Part shown: one piece after another, positions 36,325 through 44,256 of the stretch
How positions within the stretch are numbered: the first letter of the stretch is position 1
Layout of the letters: the number at the start of each line of letters is the position of its first letter
The notes under the pieces: model-generated
What the model was told of the DNA's origin: nothing
The model's database searches: none
Seen by the model: the letters and a program-made list of their open reading frames with translations, nothing else
Assembly: GCA_022562085.1 (NCBI GenBank)
Contig: JADFPY010000002.1
Location: 1 to 51,991, forward strand
Source of the DNA: Candidatus Zhuqueibacterota bacterium
GTDB lineage: Bacteria > Zhuqueibacterota > Zhuqueibacteria > Oceanimicrobiales > Oceanimicrobiaceae
Direction: 5' to 3'
Length of the DNA stretch: 51,991 nucleotides
Program-made: the position numbers and the translations under genes

Positions 36325-36918
36325 CTAAGATTTTCTTCTCATAATTCCGCCTAAAGAGTTTTTTGATTTATATGGATAATCTGTATAAGCGATTCCGGTA
36401 AAAATACCAACTTTTGCATCTTTAATAGAATAAATGTGTTCATCATCTACAAAGACGTTGCCGCTACCTATCACAAGCGACGTGTGCCCTCCCTGCAGAA
36501 CTGTGTATCTTCTAACATTAATTTCAAAGCGCACCCGTGAATTATGCGGCCGGATCTGGCCGTCAAAATTAACTTCCTTGCACCCCAGAGCGCGGCCATT
36601 ACCTTCGCTGCCACAACAGACACAATAAAACCCCAGCAATTGCCAAACCGCATCCATCCCCAGGCAACCTGGCTGCACCGGATCGCCGTTGAAGTGGCAC
36701 TGAAAAAACCACTCATCGAGATGAACATCTTTTTCTGCGATCATGCTACCCTTGTTCCCACGCTTCTCTATTTCAAGCACGCGGTCAACCATTAAAAAAG
36801 GCGGGGCCGGCAACCTGGAGAATTCTGCCGGAGAATCTTCAACCAATTTGCCATAAGCAAATGCGATCAGCTCTTCTTTTGTAAAATGAGTTCTTTCGAG
36901 GAATTCTTTATATTTCAT
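36325..36918 (-). CDS. fabA: FabA-type 3-hydroxyacyl-ACP dehydratase / trans-2-cis-3 isomerase
   Basis: LPAPPFLMVDRV and FFQCHFNGDPVQPGCLGMDAVWQLLGFY match the FabA-specific active-site region. Confidence 0.75.
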   Translation of the reverse strand: MKYKEFLERTHFTKEELIAFAYGKLVEDSPAEFSRLPAPPFLMVDRVLEIEKRGNKGSMIAEKDVHLDEWFFQCHFNGDPVQPGCLGMDAVWQLLGFYCVCCGSEGNGRALGCKEVNFDGQIRPHNSRVRFEINVRRYTVLQGGHTSLVIGSGNVFVDDEHIYSIKDAKVGIFTGIAYTDYPYKSKNSLGGIMRRKS

Positions 36919-36999
36919 TTTGAAGAAATGCTTTTGTTAAAAAATAGTAGTCCTCAATGCTGGTTTCAAGATACTGGATTTTTGTTGAAACCTCAAACA

Positions 37000-37977
37000 T
37001 CATAAAAATTCAATCGCCATGCTTGCCCAGGTCAATCCTGCGCCAACAACAATTAGGGCAAGCCTGTCTCCTTCTTTGAATTTATGCCAGTTTTGACTCA
37101 GGACGGTTGGCGCACCGGCCGCACCGGTATTGCCAAATTCATCCACATTAAAAAAGTGTTTGTTCTGAGGGATTTCGCATCTACTGCATACGGATTGCAG
37201 CATACACAAATTTGCCTGGTGTCCAATAAAATGAGGGCGTGCTTCCCGATATATTTCACCAATTTCCCTATAACATTTCGCTGTGCGTTTTATGGCAAAT
37301 GTCTGAACAGTTACGCCATCCTGTTTAAAATAACCCATCCTGGGAATGGTCACTTTGTCCCATCCTTGAGGACTTGAAGTCATACTGTGAAAATCAACTT
37401 TAGCTTTTGCAGGCACTTTTGTAGAAACCACGGCAGCACTCGTCCCATCTCCCCACAAAACAGCCGTATTGCGATCGGTGTAATCGATTGAGCGTGTATT
37501 ATTTTCCGGGGAAATCAATAAAATAAATTCCGGTGTTGCTTCCGGATTCATCATCGAAAGAAAATGTATTTGAGAACCGAAACTTGAACATGCAGAATTC
37601 AGATCAAAAGCATTGACTTCGATACCCAATTCCGCGGCAATCGTACAGGCCTCGGCAGGCGTAAGCGTTTCCGGAGAGCATCCGCCAGCGATAACCAGGC
37701 CGATCTGTTCTTTTTCAAGGCCGGCATTTTTAAGAGCCCTTTCACCAGCCAACTTTCCTGTAATTGCATTGCTGTAATCCGACGCTTCACTCGCTGCACG
37801 TGGATCGCGATTTCGGGTTTCTTTTATATAATCAAGCGACAGAACTGTGCGCCGGGTGCGAATGCCGACCCGCTCCATGATCCACTCATTGCTAGTTGCG
37901 ATATCCAACTCTTCTAAAAATTTATTGTCTATCACATTGTCTGGGTGAAAATGCCCGAGTCCATGTATGTAAATCAT
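37000..37977 (-). CDS. Beta-ketoacyl-ACP synthase III family (FabH/DarB-like)
   Basis: Catalytic Cys in DLNSACSSFGSQ, His in FIGHQANL, Asn in FGNTGAAGAP. 325 aa. Confidence 0.8.
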   Translation of the reverse strand: MIYIHGLGHFHPDNVIDNKFLEELDIATSNEWIMERVGIRTRRTVLSLDYIKETRNRDPRAASEASDYSNAITGKLAGERALKNAGLEKEQIGLVIAGGCSPETLTPAEACTIAAELGIEVNAFDLNSACSSFGSQIHFLSMMNPEATPEFILLISPENNTRSIDYTDRNTAVLWGDGTSAAVVSTKVPAKAKVDFHSMTSSPQGWDKVTIPRMGYFKQDGVTVQTFAIKRTAKCYREIGEIYREARPHFIGHQANLCMLQSVCSRCEIPQNKHFFNVDEFGNTGAAGAPTVLSQNWHKFKEGDRLALIVVGAGLTWASMAIEFL

Positions 37978-38045
37978 AATTATTGTCCTTTTTGCAGCTA
38001 AATAACAAAAAATTGAGATTCAAAACAAAGGCTCTTAACTAAAAA

Positions 38046-38993
38046 TCATCCACTAATATGCTCTCCACCGTCTACCCGAATGATATTGCCGTTGGCCCAG
38101 GCTGCTTCGTCCAAACACATCAGGTAAATGAAATTTGCCACGTCTTCAGGAGTGGTCATCCTATTAAAAGGATTGCACAGTTTCGCGGTTGCTTTCAGGT
38201 GAGTATTACCAGGGATTAAACGTAAAGCAGGAGTGTCTGTCACCCCTGCCTGAATAATATTGGCGCGTATGCCATAAGGCGCATATTCAACTGCAATAGA
38301 GCGGGCAATCGACTCCAGCACAACTTTGGCGGCGGAAACAGCAGCGTAGCCTCGCCAGGCAATTTCATTGCCCTCACTAGTAAGTCCCAGTACTCGCGCG
38401 TCCGCAGCAAACATCTTGCGCTTAAAAACTTCTTGTACCCAGGTTACCAAGCTGCTGCCCATGCTGTAAATTGTAAGCGCAAAGTCCTCATCCTTTAAAA
38501 GCTCCTCGTTATTGTACTTTGCGGGTGAAGCCACACCAAGCAGGTTTTCTTCGCCCTGGTCAAAGAGTCTATCAAAAGTTGATTGCAGAGAATCTTTCGA
38601 GACGCCCAGCTCCTGACTCAGTTTATTTAAGGATTGTTCATGTTTTTTGTGTTTTTCAGGATGCTCTTGAGAGAGGAGTTTCAGATTTCCATAAGCAATT
38701 GAGTGTAAAAGCATCCGAACCCGGCCGTCTGCGCCAAGGCTAGCTTGCAAACCATCCAAAGTTTCCTGAACGCCTTCCGGAGATAGCGCGTTGACATTGT
38801 ATGTCAAAACTTGTACACCCGTATCTCGAATTTCCTGGTATTCCAGTTCGAGACGTTTCATCGCGCCTCTGCGATCGCGGTGCACAATACAAATGTTCAT
38901 GCCATGCAGGCTTAACTTTTTAGCTGTCGCTAATCCGAATCCACTTGAACCACCTAAAATGAGCGCCCAATAGTCGGGGTCAAACCTCATCAA
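38046..38993 (-). CDS. SDR-family reductase with insertion (candidate keto- or enoyl-ACP reductase)
   Basis: Rossmann motif LILGGSSGFGLATAKKL. Catalytic YAAVSAAKVVLES. IRANIIQAGVTDTPA. There is a ~60-aa insert relative to classical SDRs. Confidence 0.7.
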   Translation of the reverse strand: MMRFDPDYWALILGGSSGFGLATAKKLSLHGMNICIVHRDRRGAMKRLELEYQEIRDTGVQVLTYNVNALSPEGVQETLDGLQASLGADGRVRMLLHSIAYGNLKLLSQEHPEKHKKHEQSLNKLSQELGVSKDSLQSTFDRLFDQGEENLLGVASPAKYNNEELLKDEDFALTIYSMGSSLVTWVQEVFKRKMFAADARVLGLTSEGNEIAWRGYAAVSAAKVVLESIARSIAVEYAPYGIRANIIQAGVTDTPALRLIPGNTHLKATAKLCNPFNRMTTPEDVANFIYLMCLDEAAWANGNIIRVDGGEHISG

Positions 38994-39095
38994 ATCTATC
39001 CTTTATCAAATGAAAGTAAATTGAACCGTAAATAAATTCTGTCAAGTCCAGATTTTTGTGTAAATTCCAACTTACGCAAAAAGTTTTTGTTCATA

Positions 39096-39257
39096 GGCAG
39101 TTACGGGAAAATTGACAGCGAAGAGAAGCAGTAAACCAATAACGACGTTTCTTTTTCATTGTGACCTTCCTCTTTAAGTTGAGAATCGGAATGAGCATGA
39201 ATATAAAAACTAAATGGTTTGGATACAAATATTATTTTTAAGATTTCTTAGAATTTT
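39096..39257. repeat. Copy B of the ~160-bp direct repeat: degenerate promoter plus signal-peptide remnant of an M28-like gene
   Basis: On the minus strand it reads ATG(39159-39157) AAA AAG AAA CGT CGT TAT TGG TTT ACT GCT TCT CTT CGC TGT CAA... This is the M28 signal-peptide coding sequence with a 1-nt indel and an early stop. The upstream blocks are shared with 4044-4143. Confidence 0.8.
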
Positions 39258-39463
39258 TCTAATCTGTCATAATAGTTTCACAAATTTTGCGACTCTGTTT
39301 TACAAATTCACACAAGTTTTTTTGAACCGCTGAAGTGTTCACTCAGGAGCATCTCCTAATAAAAACTTGTTTGTCAATTTCATTATTCATTTTCATTTTT
39401 GACTTTTCTTTTTATATTTAAGTATAAAGTTTGGTATTTTTAACTTCAACCAAGAGGGATTCC

Positions 39464-39940
39464 ATGCTTGATAGACTTTATTTTTTCATACTGATTTTTT
39501 CAGTGATATTTTTTCAGAATAGCGGACACCGGGCATTTGCCCAAACACCAGAGAATTGTGAGCAAGAGCTTCGGCAAGCGACAGACCTATTTCGTTCGGC
39601 AAAATACGACTCAGCACTTTCTTTGCTCAATCTTTGTTTGCTGCAAAGGCAGCCGGTGCAGTTAGAAAAAGCCGAAGCTTATAAACTTTTGGGCAAAGTT
39701 AAAGTTGCTTTGGACGACGCCACTGGTGCAAAAGCGGCTTTCCTTGAAATGTTGTCATTGCAGCCCTTCATGGAGCTTGACTCAAAGCAAGAAACACCTG
39801 AGACCGTCAAGATTTTCAATGAAGTAAGGATTGAATTTTTGACTGCCAACCCAACGACGAAAGGCTCAAAAAACTGGCCCTGGATCGCCGTTTCAGGAGC
39901 TGTGGTTTTTACAGTTGCAGCCTTGCTCTTTTTAAAATAG
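39464..39940 (+). CDS. Hypothetical exported TPR-like protein with C-terminal membrane anchor
   Basis: ORF 39431..39940; preferred ATG at 39464. Signal-like LYFFILIFSVIFFQNSGHRAFAQ. TPR-like AEAYKLLGKVKVALDDATGAKAAFLEMLSLQP. C-terminal helix WIAVSGAVVFTVAALLFL. Confidence 0.5.
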   Translation: MLDRLYFFILIFSVIFFQNSGHRAFAQTPENCEQELRQATDLFRSAKYDSALSLLNLCLLQRQPVQLEKAEAYKLLGKVKVALDDATGAKAAFLEMLSLQPFMELDSKQETPETVKIFNEVRIEFLTANPTTKGSKNWPWIAVSGAVVFTVAALLFLK

Positions 39941-39946
39941 CAGCGA

Positions 39947-39987
39947 AGACCTTGCAGGTTTCAAAAACCTGCAAGGTCTATACTTTT
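39947..39987 (+). terminator. Rho-independent terminator
   Basis: Perfect 14-bp stem AGACCTTGCAGGTT (39947-39960) / AACCTGCAAGGTCT (39966-39979) with loop TCAAA, followed by ATACTTTT. It lies directly after the stop codon of the preceding gene. Confidence 0.7.
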
Positions 39988-40006
39988 AACGAATAAATCT
40001 AAAAAA

Positions 40007-41932
40007 ATGACCGCAAAAAATCCCTTCATAGCCGGAAACTGGGTGCGGGGGAAAAACTTTTTCGGCCGGCAAAAACTCATCAGCGAAATTCTGGAAGGCC
40101 GCCGGCATTATCTCTGGGTTGCGGGAACACGCAGAGTTGGCAAGACCTCTTTGTTGAAGCAACTCGAGTACTTGATCCTGCAAGGTGAGTCTTCGGACAA
40201 ATATGTCTCTCTTTTTTGGGATATGCAGGGGAGTCGTGACCTGAACGGCTTAAAAGAGTCATTGTTGGAAAGCGTTGAGGACGCGGAGCCGCAATTTTCT
40301 CAGCTTGGCGTCGATGTCAGCCGGCTTGAGGAACAAGATTTATTTGGTATTCTGAGAACGCTGAAGCGGGCAGTCAAGGATGCTAATTCAAACTTAATGC
40401 TTCTCTGCGACGAAGTTGAGGAGCTCATCAATATCGAAAAAAACAATCCGGAGATTCTGCCAAAATTACGACGGTTCTTTCAGCGTGGTGACAATATTTA
40501 TACAGTCCTTACTTCAACCAGGCGCTTGGGGATTCTTGAACAAACATCCATTCCGGACACGTCTCCCTTTTTGCACGGGTTCGTGCCGCCAATTTATTTG
40601 CCTCGTTTTGAACATGAAGATTCAGCTGCCTTAATCGGTCAGTGGAATTTTTCCGGGGACATTGTCGAAGAAATCATCGAAAAAACCGCTCATCACCCCT
40701 ATCTGATTCAACTGCTTTGTACTCGCTTGATCGATTCAAACGATATCAGGAAAGTGATTGCCGAAATCAGCCAGGACGATATGATAAGCCACTTTTTCTC
40801 AGTGGATTTTCGAACACTGGAAAGCAGCGAAAAGGAAATACTCCTGTGTTTGCTTCAAAATAAAAAATTAACTTTAGGCAAGCTGCAAAGTCTTTGCGGC
40901 GAGTCGTCCGAAAAGCTTATTACGCAACTTTACCAACTCATGCAGCTCGGGTTTATAAAACAAACAGACCGCTATTACAGCATTTCAAATTACTTCTTTG
41001 GGCAGTGGCTTGAAAGAGAAAAGCAAAAACTTTATTCAGATTCAACTTTGAAACGAGCTGAAACACTTCCTGATTCTGATCCATCACTCACACCTGCCGC
41101 GGGATTGCCGGAAATCGGAGATAGTTTGGCTCAGCATAAAATTTTAGGAAAGCTGGGTTCCGGAGGCATGGGCGTCGTCTTTAAAGGCCGCGATCTGAAA
41201 CTCAACCGGCTCGTGGCCCTAAAAATTCTGTCACCGGATTTAATGAATGACTTAGAATTAAGGCAGAGATTCATTATTGAAGCTCAGGCGGCGTCGGCGA
41301 TGAACCATCAAAACATTTGTACAATTTATCAAACCGGTGAGGATGCGGGACTCAGCTTTATTTCGATGGAATATATCGACGGGCATAATTTGCGGGACTG
41401 GAGTCAAATCCATCGGGACATTCCGGGCAAATTGAATATCGCAATTCAAACCGGTAAAGGCTTTATTCACGCTCATTCTAAAGGTATCGTCCACCGGGAT
41501 ATTAAACCGGAGAATATCATGGTTACAAAAGAGGGGGTCGCAAAAATCACCGACTTCGGATTGGCCAAGACTCTCACGCCGGTCGACCCACACTTGACCA
41601 AATCCGGGACCACCCTGGGAACGCTGAGCTACATGTCGCCTGAACAAGCCAGCGGTTTAGACACGGATCATCGCGCGGACATCTTTTCTTTTGGAATCGT
41701 GCTTTATGAGTTATTTTCCGGGCAGCTGCCATTCTCAGGAAAATTTGAGCTCAGTGTTTTGTATTCCATTTTAAACGAAGATCCCGTGCCGATTTGTAAA
41801 GTCAATTCCGAGCTGCCTGAGGCGTTGGATAAAATTATATGGAAAGCGTTGCAGAAGGACAAAGCGAAACGGTATGAATCGATGAGTGAGTTGGTGGGTG
41901 AGTTGGAGCTGCTTTTGGAGAAAGGCCGCTGA
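40007..41932 (+). CDS. Arch_ATPase/STAND-like ATPase (module copy 5) fused to a C-terminal Hanks-type Ser/Thr protein kinase
   Basis: NPFIAGNWVRGKNFFGRQKL, GTRRVGKT (nt 40124-40147), Walker B LMLLCDEVE, AHHPYLIQ, and the winged-helix-like LYQLMQLGFIKQ. Kinase from about nt 41135: LGSGGMGVVFKG, VALK, HRDIKPENIM, DFGLAK, YMSPEQ. Confidence 0.85.
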   Translation: MTAKNPFIAGNWVRGKNFFGRQKLISEILEGRRHYLWVAGTRRVGKTSLLKQLEYLILQGESSDKYVSLFWDMQGSRDLNGLKESLLESVEDAEPQFSQLGVDVSRLEEQDLFGILRTLKRAVKDANSNLMLLCDEVEELINIEKNNPEILPKLRRFFQRGDNIYTVLTSTRRLGILEQTSIPDTSPFLHGFVPPIYLPRFEHEDSAALIGQWNFSGDIVEEIIEKTAHHPYLIQLLCTRLIDSNDIRKVIAEISQDDMISHFFSVDFRTLESSEKEILLCLLQNKKLTLGKLQSLCGESSEKLITQLYQLMQLGFIKQTDRYYSISNYFFGQWLEREKQKLYSDSTLKRAETLPDSDPSLTPAAGLPEIGDSLAQHKILGKLGSGGMGVVFKGRDLKLNRLVALKILSPDLMNDLELRQRFIIEAQAASAMNHQNICTIYQTGEDAGLSFISMEYIDGHNLRDWSQIHRDIPGKLNIAIQTGKGFIHAHSKGIVHRDIKPENIMVTKEGVAKITDFGLAKTLTPVDPHLTKSGTTLGTLSYMSPEQASGLDTDHRADIFSFGIVLYELFSGQLPFSGKFELSVLYSILNEDPVPICKVNSELPEALDKIIWKALQKDKAKRYESMSELVGELELLLEKGR

Positions 41933-41957
41933 CTTTTTTGATTGCTGTGAATGATTT

Positions 41958-42401
41958 TTACTTATCCAGCCACTGAAGGGCATCTCCCACACAAATCTCT
42001 CCATCATCCAAAACCTCCGCATAAGCGCCGCCGCCCCAGTTATCCCACATCACATTTTTTAAACCCGGGCACGCCTCATCCATGCGCTCGCACGGCTTGG
42101 TTTCACCGGCGATTCGCAGCCGACAGGTACCGACTTGCAGAACTCGCCCTCGCGAATTAACAAGTGGCAGGCCGCTTACCAATAAATTAGCCCGCCGGGC
42201 CGAAGGTTCGACTGAGGCGCTAAGCTTTTCCATGTGACGCTGCCATACTTCCTCCTCGATAAGCGTGACCTGGCGTTTGCCGCCCTGGTTGGCATTATCT
42301 GCCAGACCTCTTCCGGCGACAAGAGAGGCGCAATTTTTTTTGTCCATTGGACCGAGCTTAAAACGCTTGATCCAGATGGCTTCGAGTTTGCCTTGACTCA
42401 T
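41958..42401 (-). CDS. MOSC domain-containing protein
   Basis: 147 aa. ...GLADNANQGGKRQVTLIEEEVW..., ARRANLLVSGL, and RLRIAGETKPCERMD with the conserved Cys. Confidence 0.8.
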   Translation of the reverse strand: MSQGKLEAIWIKRFKLGPMDKKNCASLVAGRGLADNANQGGKRQVTLIEEEVWQRHMEKLSASVEPSARRANLLVSGLPLVNSRGRVLQVGTCRLRIAGETKPCERMDEACPGLKNVMWDNWGGGAYAEVLDDGEICVGDALQWLDK

Positions 42402-42655
42402 AAAATGAATAAAAGAGAATGAATTTTGAAATGCAAGTAGATTGTAAATAAATTACTAATAAGTCAACTTAGTCAACTTTTTAAAAACACATTATGGAAT
42501 TTGAACTTAAAAAACAAATTTTTATCAGCATCAAGTCCTTAATTCGCACGAGTTTCAAACAAAGGAACAAATTTGCATTCTTTTAAATTAATTCATGAAT
42601 TCTTGAAACATTCTTGTCTAAACCTGTGGAAAGTTTTAAATTCGTAAACTTTGTA

Positions 42656-42684
42656 TTGCAAAGTACTCTTTAATTTCGTATATT
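42656..42684 (+). promoter_or_regulatory. Candidate sigma70-type promoter for the ABC operon
   Basis: TTGCAA (42656-42661), a 17-nt spacer, then TATATT (42679-42684), about 190 nt upstream of the ABC ATPase ATG. This is a pattern match only. Confidence 0.3.
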
Positions 42685-42876
42685 CTGAGTCAAAAAGTGA
42701 AAAAGATTCGTATTTTTTAATCAAGAACCTCTAATGCAAGGTTGTCTAGGAATAAAGAGGAGCCTCTCGTATTTTCTGAAAGGTTTGCATACCGTTTGGC
42801 GAATCCTTATATTTTTTGCAACATTTCTTTAACTAATCCTGTCTTTCTCTTAGCAATTAAAAAGCTCATTCCCTTT

Positions 42877-43785
42877 ATGCAAATAGATATCCGCAATCTT
42901 TATAAAACCTATCCGGGTGGGGTCACTGCTCTGCAAGATGTCACCCTGGATATTTCTATAGGAATGTTTGGGCTGCTGGGCCCAAACGGGGCCGGCAAAA
43001 GTACCCTGATGAAGGTTCTAGCAACCCTTGAGAGTCCGACCTCCGGCGATGTTTTTATAAATGGTAAAAATATTCACGACCAACGGAAACAGGTTCGGCA
43101 ATCACTCGGCTATTTACCGCAGGAATTTGGGGTTTATCCCCAACTCACCGGTGCGGAATTTTTAACTTACGTGGCAAAACTGCACAATCTTTCGGGTAAG
43201 AACTTAAGGAAAAGTGTAGAGGAGGCGTTAGTGAATGTCAGGCTTTACGAAGTTCGTGACCGGAAAGCAAAGACCTACTCCGGCGGCATGCTGCGGCGTT
43301 TAGGAATCGCACAAGCATTAATTAGCGATCCGAAGATTCTCATTGTTGACGAACCCACCGTAGGTCTTGATCCGGAGGAACGGATTCGCTTTCGGAACCT
43401 CCTTACTGAAATCAGCCACAATAAAATAATCATTCTCAGCACACATATCGTGGCGGATATTTCAAGCACTTGTAATGATTTGGCTTTGCTTTCGCATGGA
43501 AAAGTAGTCTTCCGTGGTTTGCCGCAGGAGATCATTTCCAAAGCCTCCGGCAAAGTCTGGCAAGTTGAGTGCGAAGAAAGCGACTTTAAGAAGATTGCCG
43601 ACCGCATGCAGATTATTTCATCGATATCCAGGGAGCGGCATTTGCGGTTGCGCGTCGTCGGAGATTCGGTTGCCGGATTTGACATGAAGCCAGTGCCGCC
43701 AAATCTCGAAGATGCTTATATGTATTTTATGGAGACTGAGGCGGGTGAACATGTGGAGGAAGAGGTTGAGGAGGTGGAAAATTGA
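42877..43785 (+). CDS. ABC transporter ATP-binding protein (ABC-2/CcmA-like)
   Basis: ORF 42742..43785; preferred ATG at 42877 (MQIDIRNLYKTYPGG). Walker A GPNGAGKST, signature YSGGMLRRLGIA, Walker B ILIVDEPT. Confidence 0.85.
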   Translation: MQIDIRNLYKTYPGGVTALQDVTLDISIGMFGLLGPNGAGKSTLMKVLATLESPTSGDVFINGKNIHDQRKQVRQSLGYLPQEFGVYPQLTGAEFLTYVAKLHNLSGKNLRKSVEEALVNVRLYEVRDRKAKTYSGGMLRRLGIAQALISDPKILIVDEPTVGLDPEERIRFRNLLTEISHNKIIILSTHIVADISSTCNDLALLSHGKVVFRGLPQEIISKASGKVWQVECEESDFKKIADRMQIISSISRERHLRLRVVGDSVAGFDMKPVPPNLEDAYMYFMETEAGEHVEEEVEEVEN

Positions 43786-43811
43786 GTAAAGTTTTTTAGA
43801 TAGGATAGCGA

Positions 43812-44180
43812 ATGACGCAGCATTTTAATCGTATCACGGAAAAAGCCAGACGAAAACAGCTACGAAATAATCCAACTGAGGCGGAGCAAAAACTTTGGCA
43901 ATATTTGAAAGAGAAACAAGTTTCCGGTGTTAAATTTAGAAGACAGTACAGTGTTGATGCTTATATTCTTGATTTTTATTCTCCAAGCCTGAAGTTAGCT
44001 ATTGAAGTTGACGGACCCTCACACCTTACTTCCCGAGGAATTGAGCATGATGAAAATAGAACGACACATATTGAAGGGTTCGGTATCCGGATTTTGAGAT
44101 TCACGAATGATGATGTTTACGAAAATATTGAAGGCGTAATTTTTAGAATCAATGAAGTAGTTCAAGAAATAGGAATTTAG
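43812..44180 (+). CDS. DUF559 endonuclease-like protein (Vsr/restriction-endonuclease-like fold)
   Basis: RKQLRNNPTEAEQKLWQYLK...FRRQYSVDAYILDFYSPSLKLAIEVDGPSH...RILRFTNDDV is the canonical DUF559 pattern. Confidence 0.8.
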   Translation: MTQHFNRITEKARRKQLRNNPTEAEQKLWQYLKEKQVSGVKFRRQYSVDAYILDFYSPSLKLAIEVDGPSHLTSRGIEHDENRTTHIEGFGIRILRFTNDDVYENIEGVIFRINEVVQEIGI

Positions 44181-44192
44181 GAGAAATATCGG

Positions 44193-44240
44193 ACCTCCCC
44201 CTTGCGCCCTCCTTATTTAAGGAGGGCGCAAGGGGGAGGT
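44193..44240. other. Perfect 22-bp GC-rich hairpin with 4-nt loop
   Basis: ACCTCCCCCTTGCGCCCTCCTT (44193-44214), loop ATTT, AAGGAGGGCGCAAGGGGGAGGT (44219-44240). No U-tract follows. It sits 13 nt after the DUF559 stop and 17 nt before the next ATG. Confidence 0.9.
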
Positions 44241-44256
44241 TGATCGTTAATCGCAT

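Noticed and set aside
4144-39095. The 35-kb interval between the direct repeats as a classical integrative element or prophage
   Set aside because: No integrase, recombinase, tRNA target or phage structural genes are present. The only mobility genes are an IS transposase and an IS200 relic. The repeat is reported as an observation, not as att sites.
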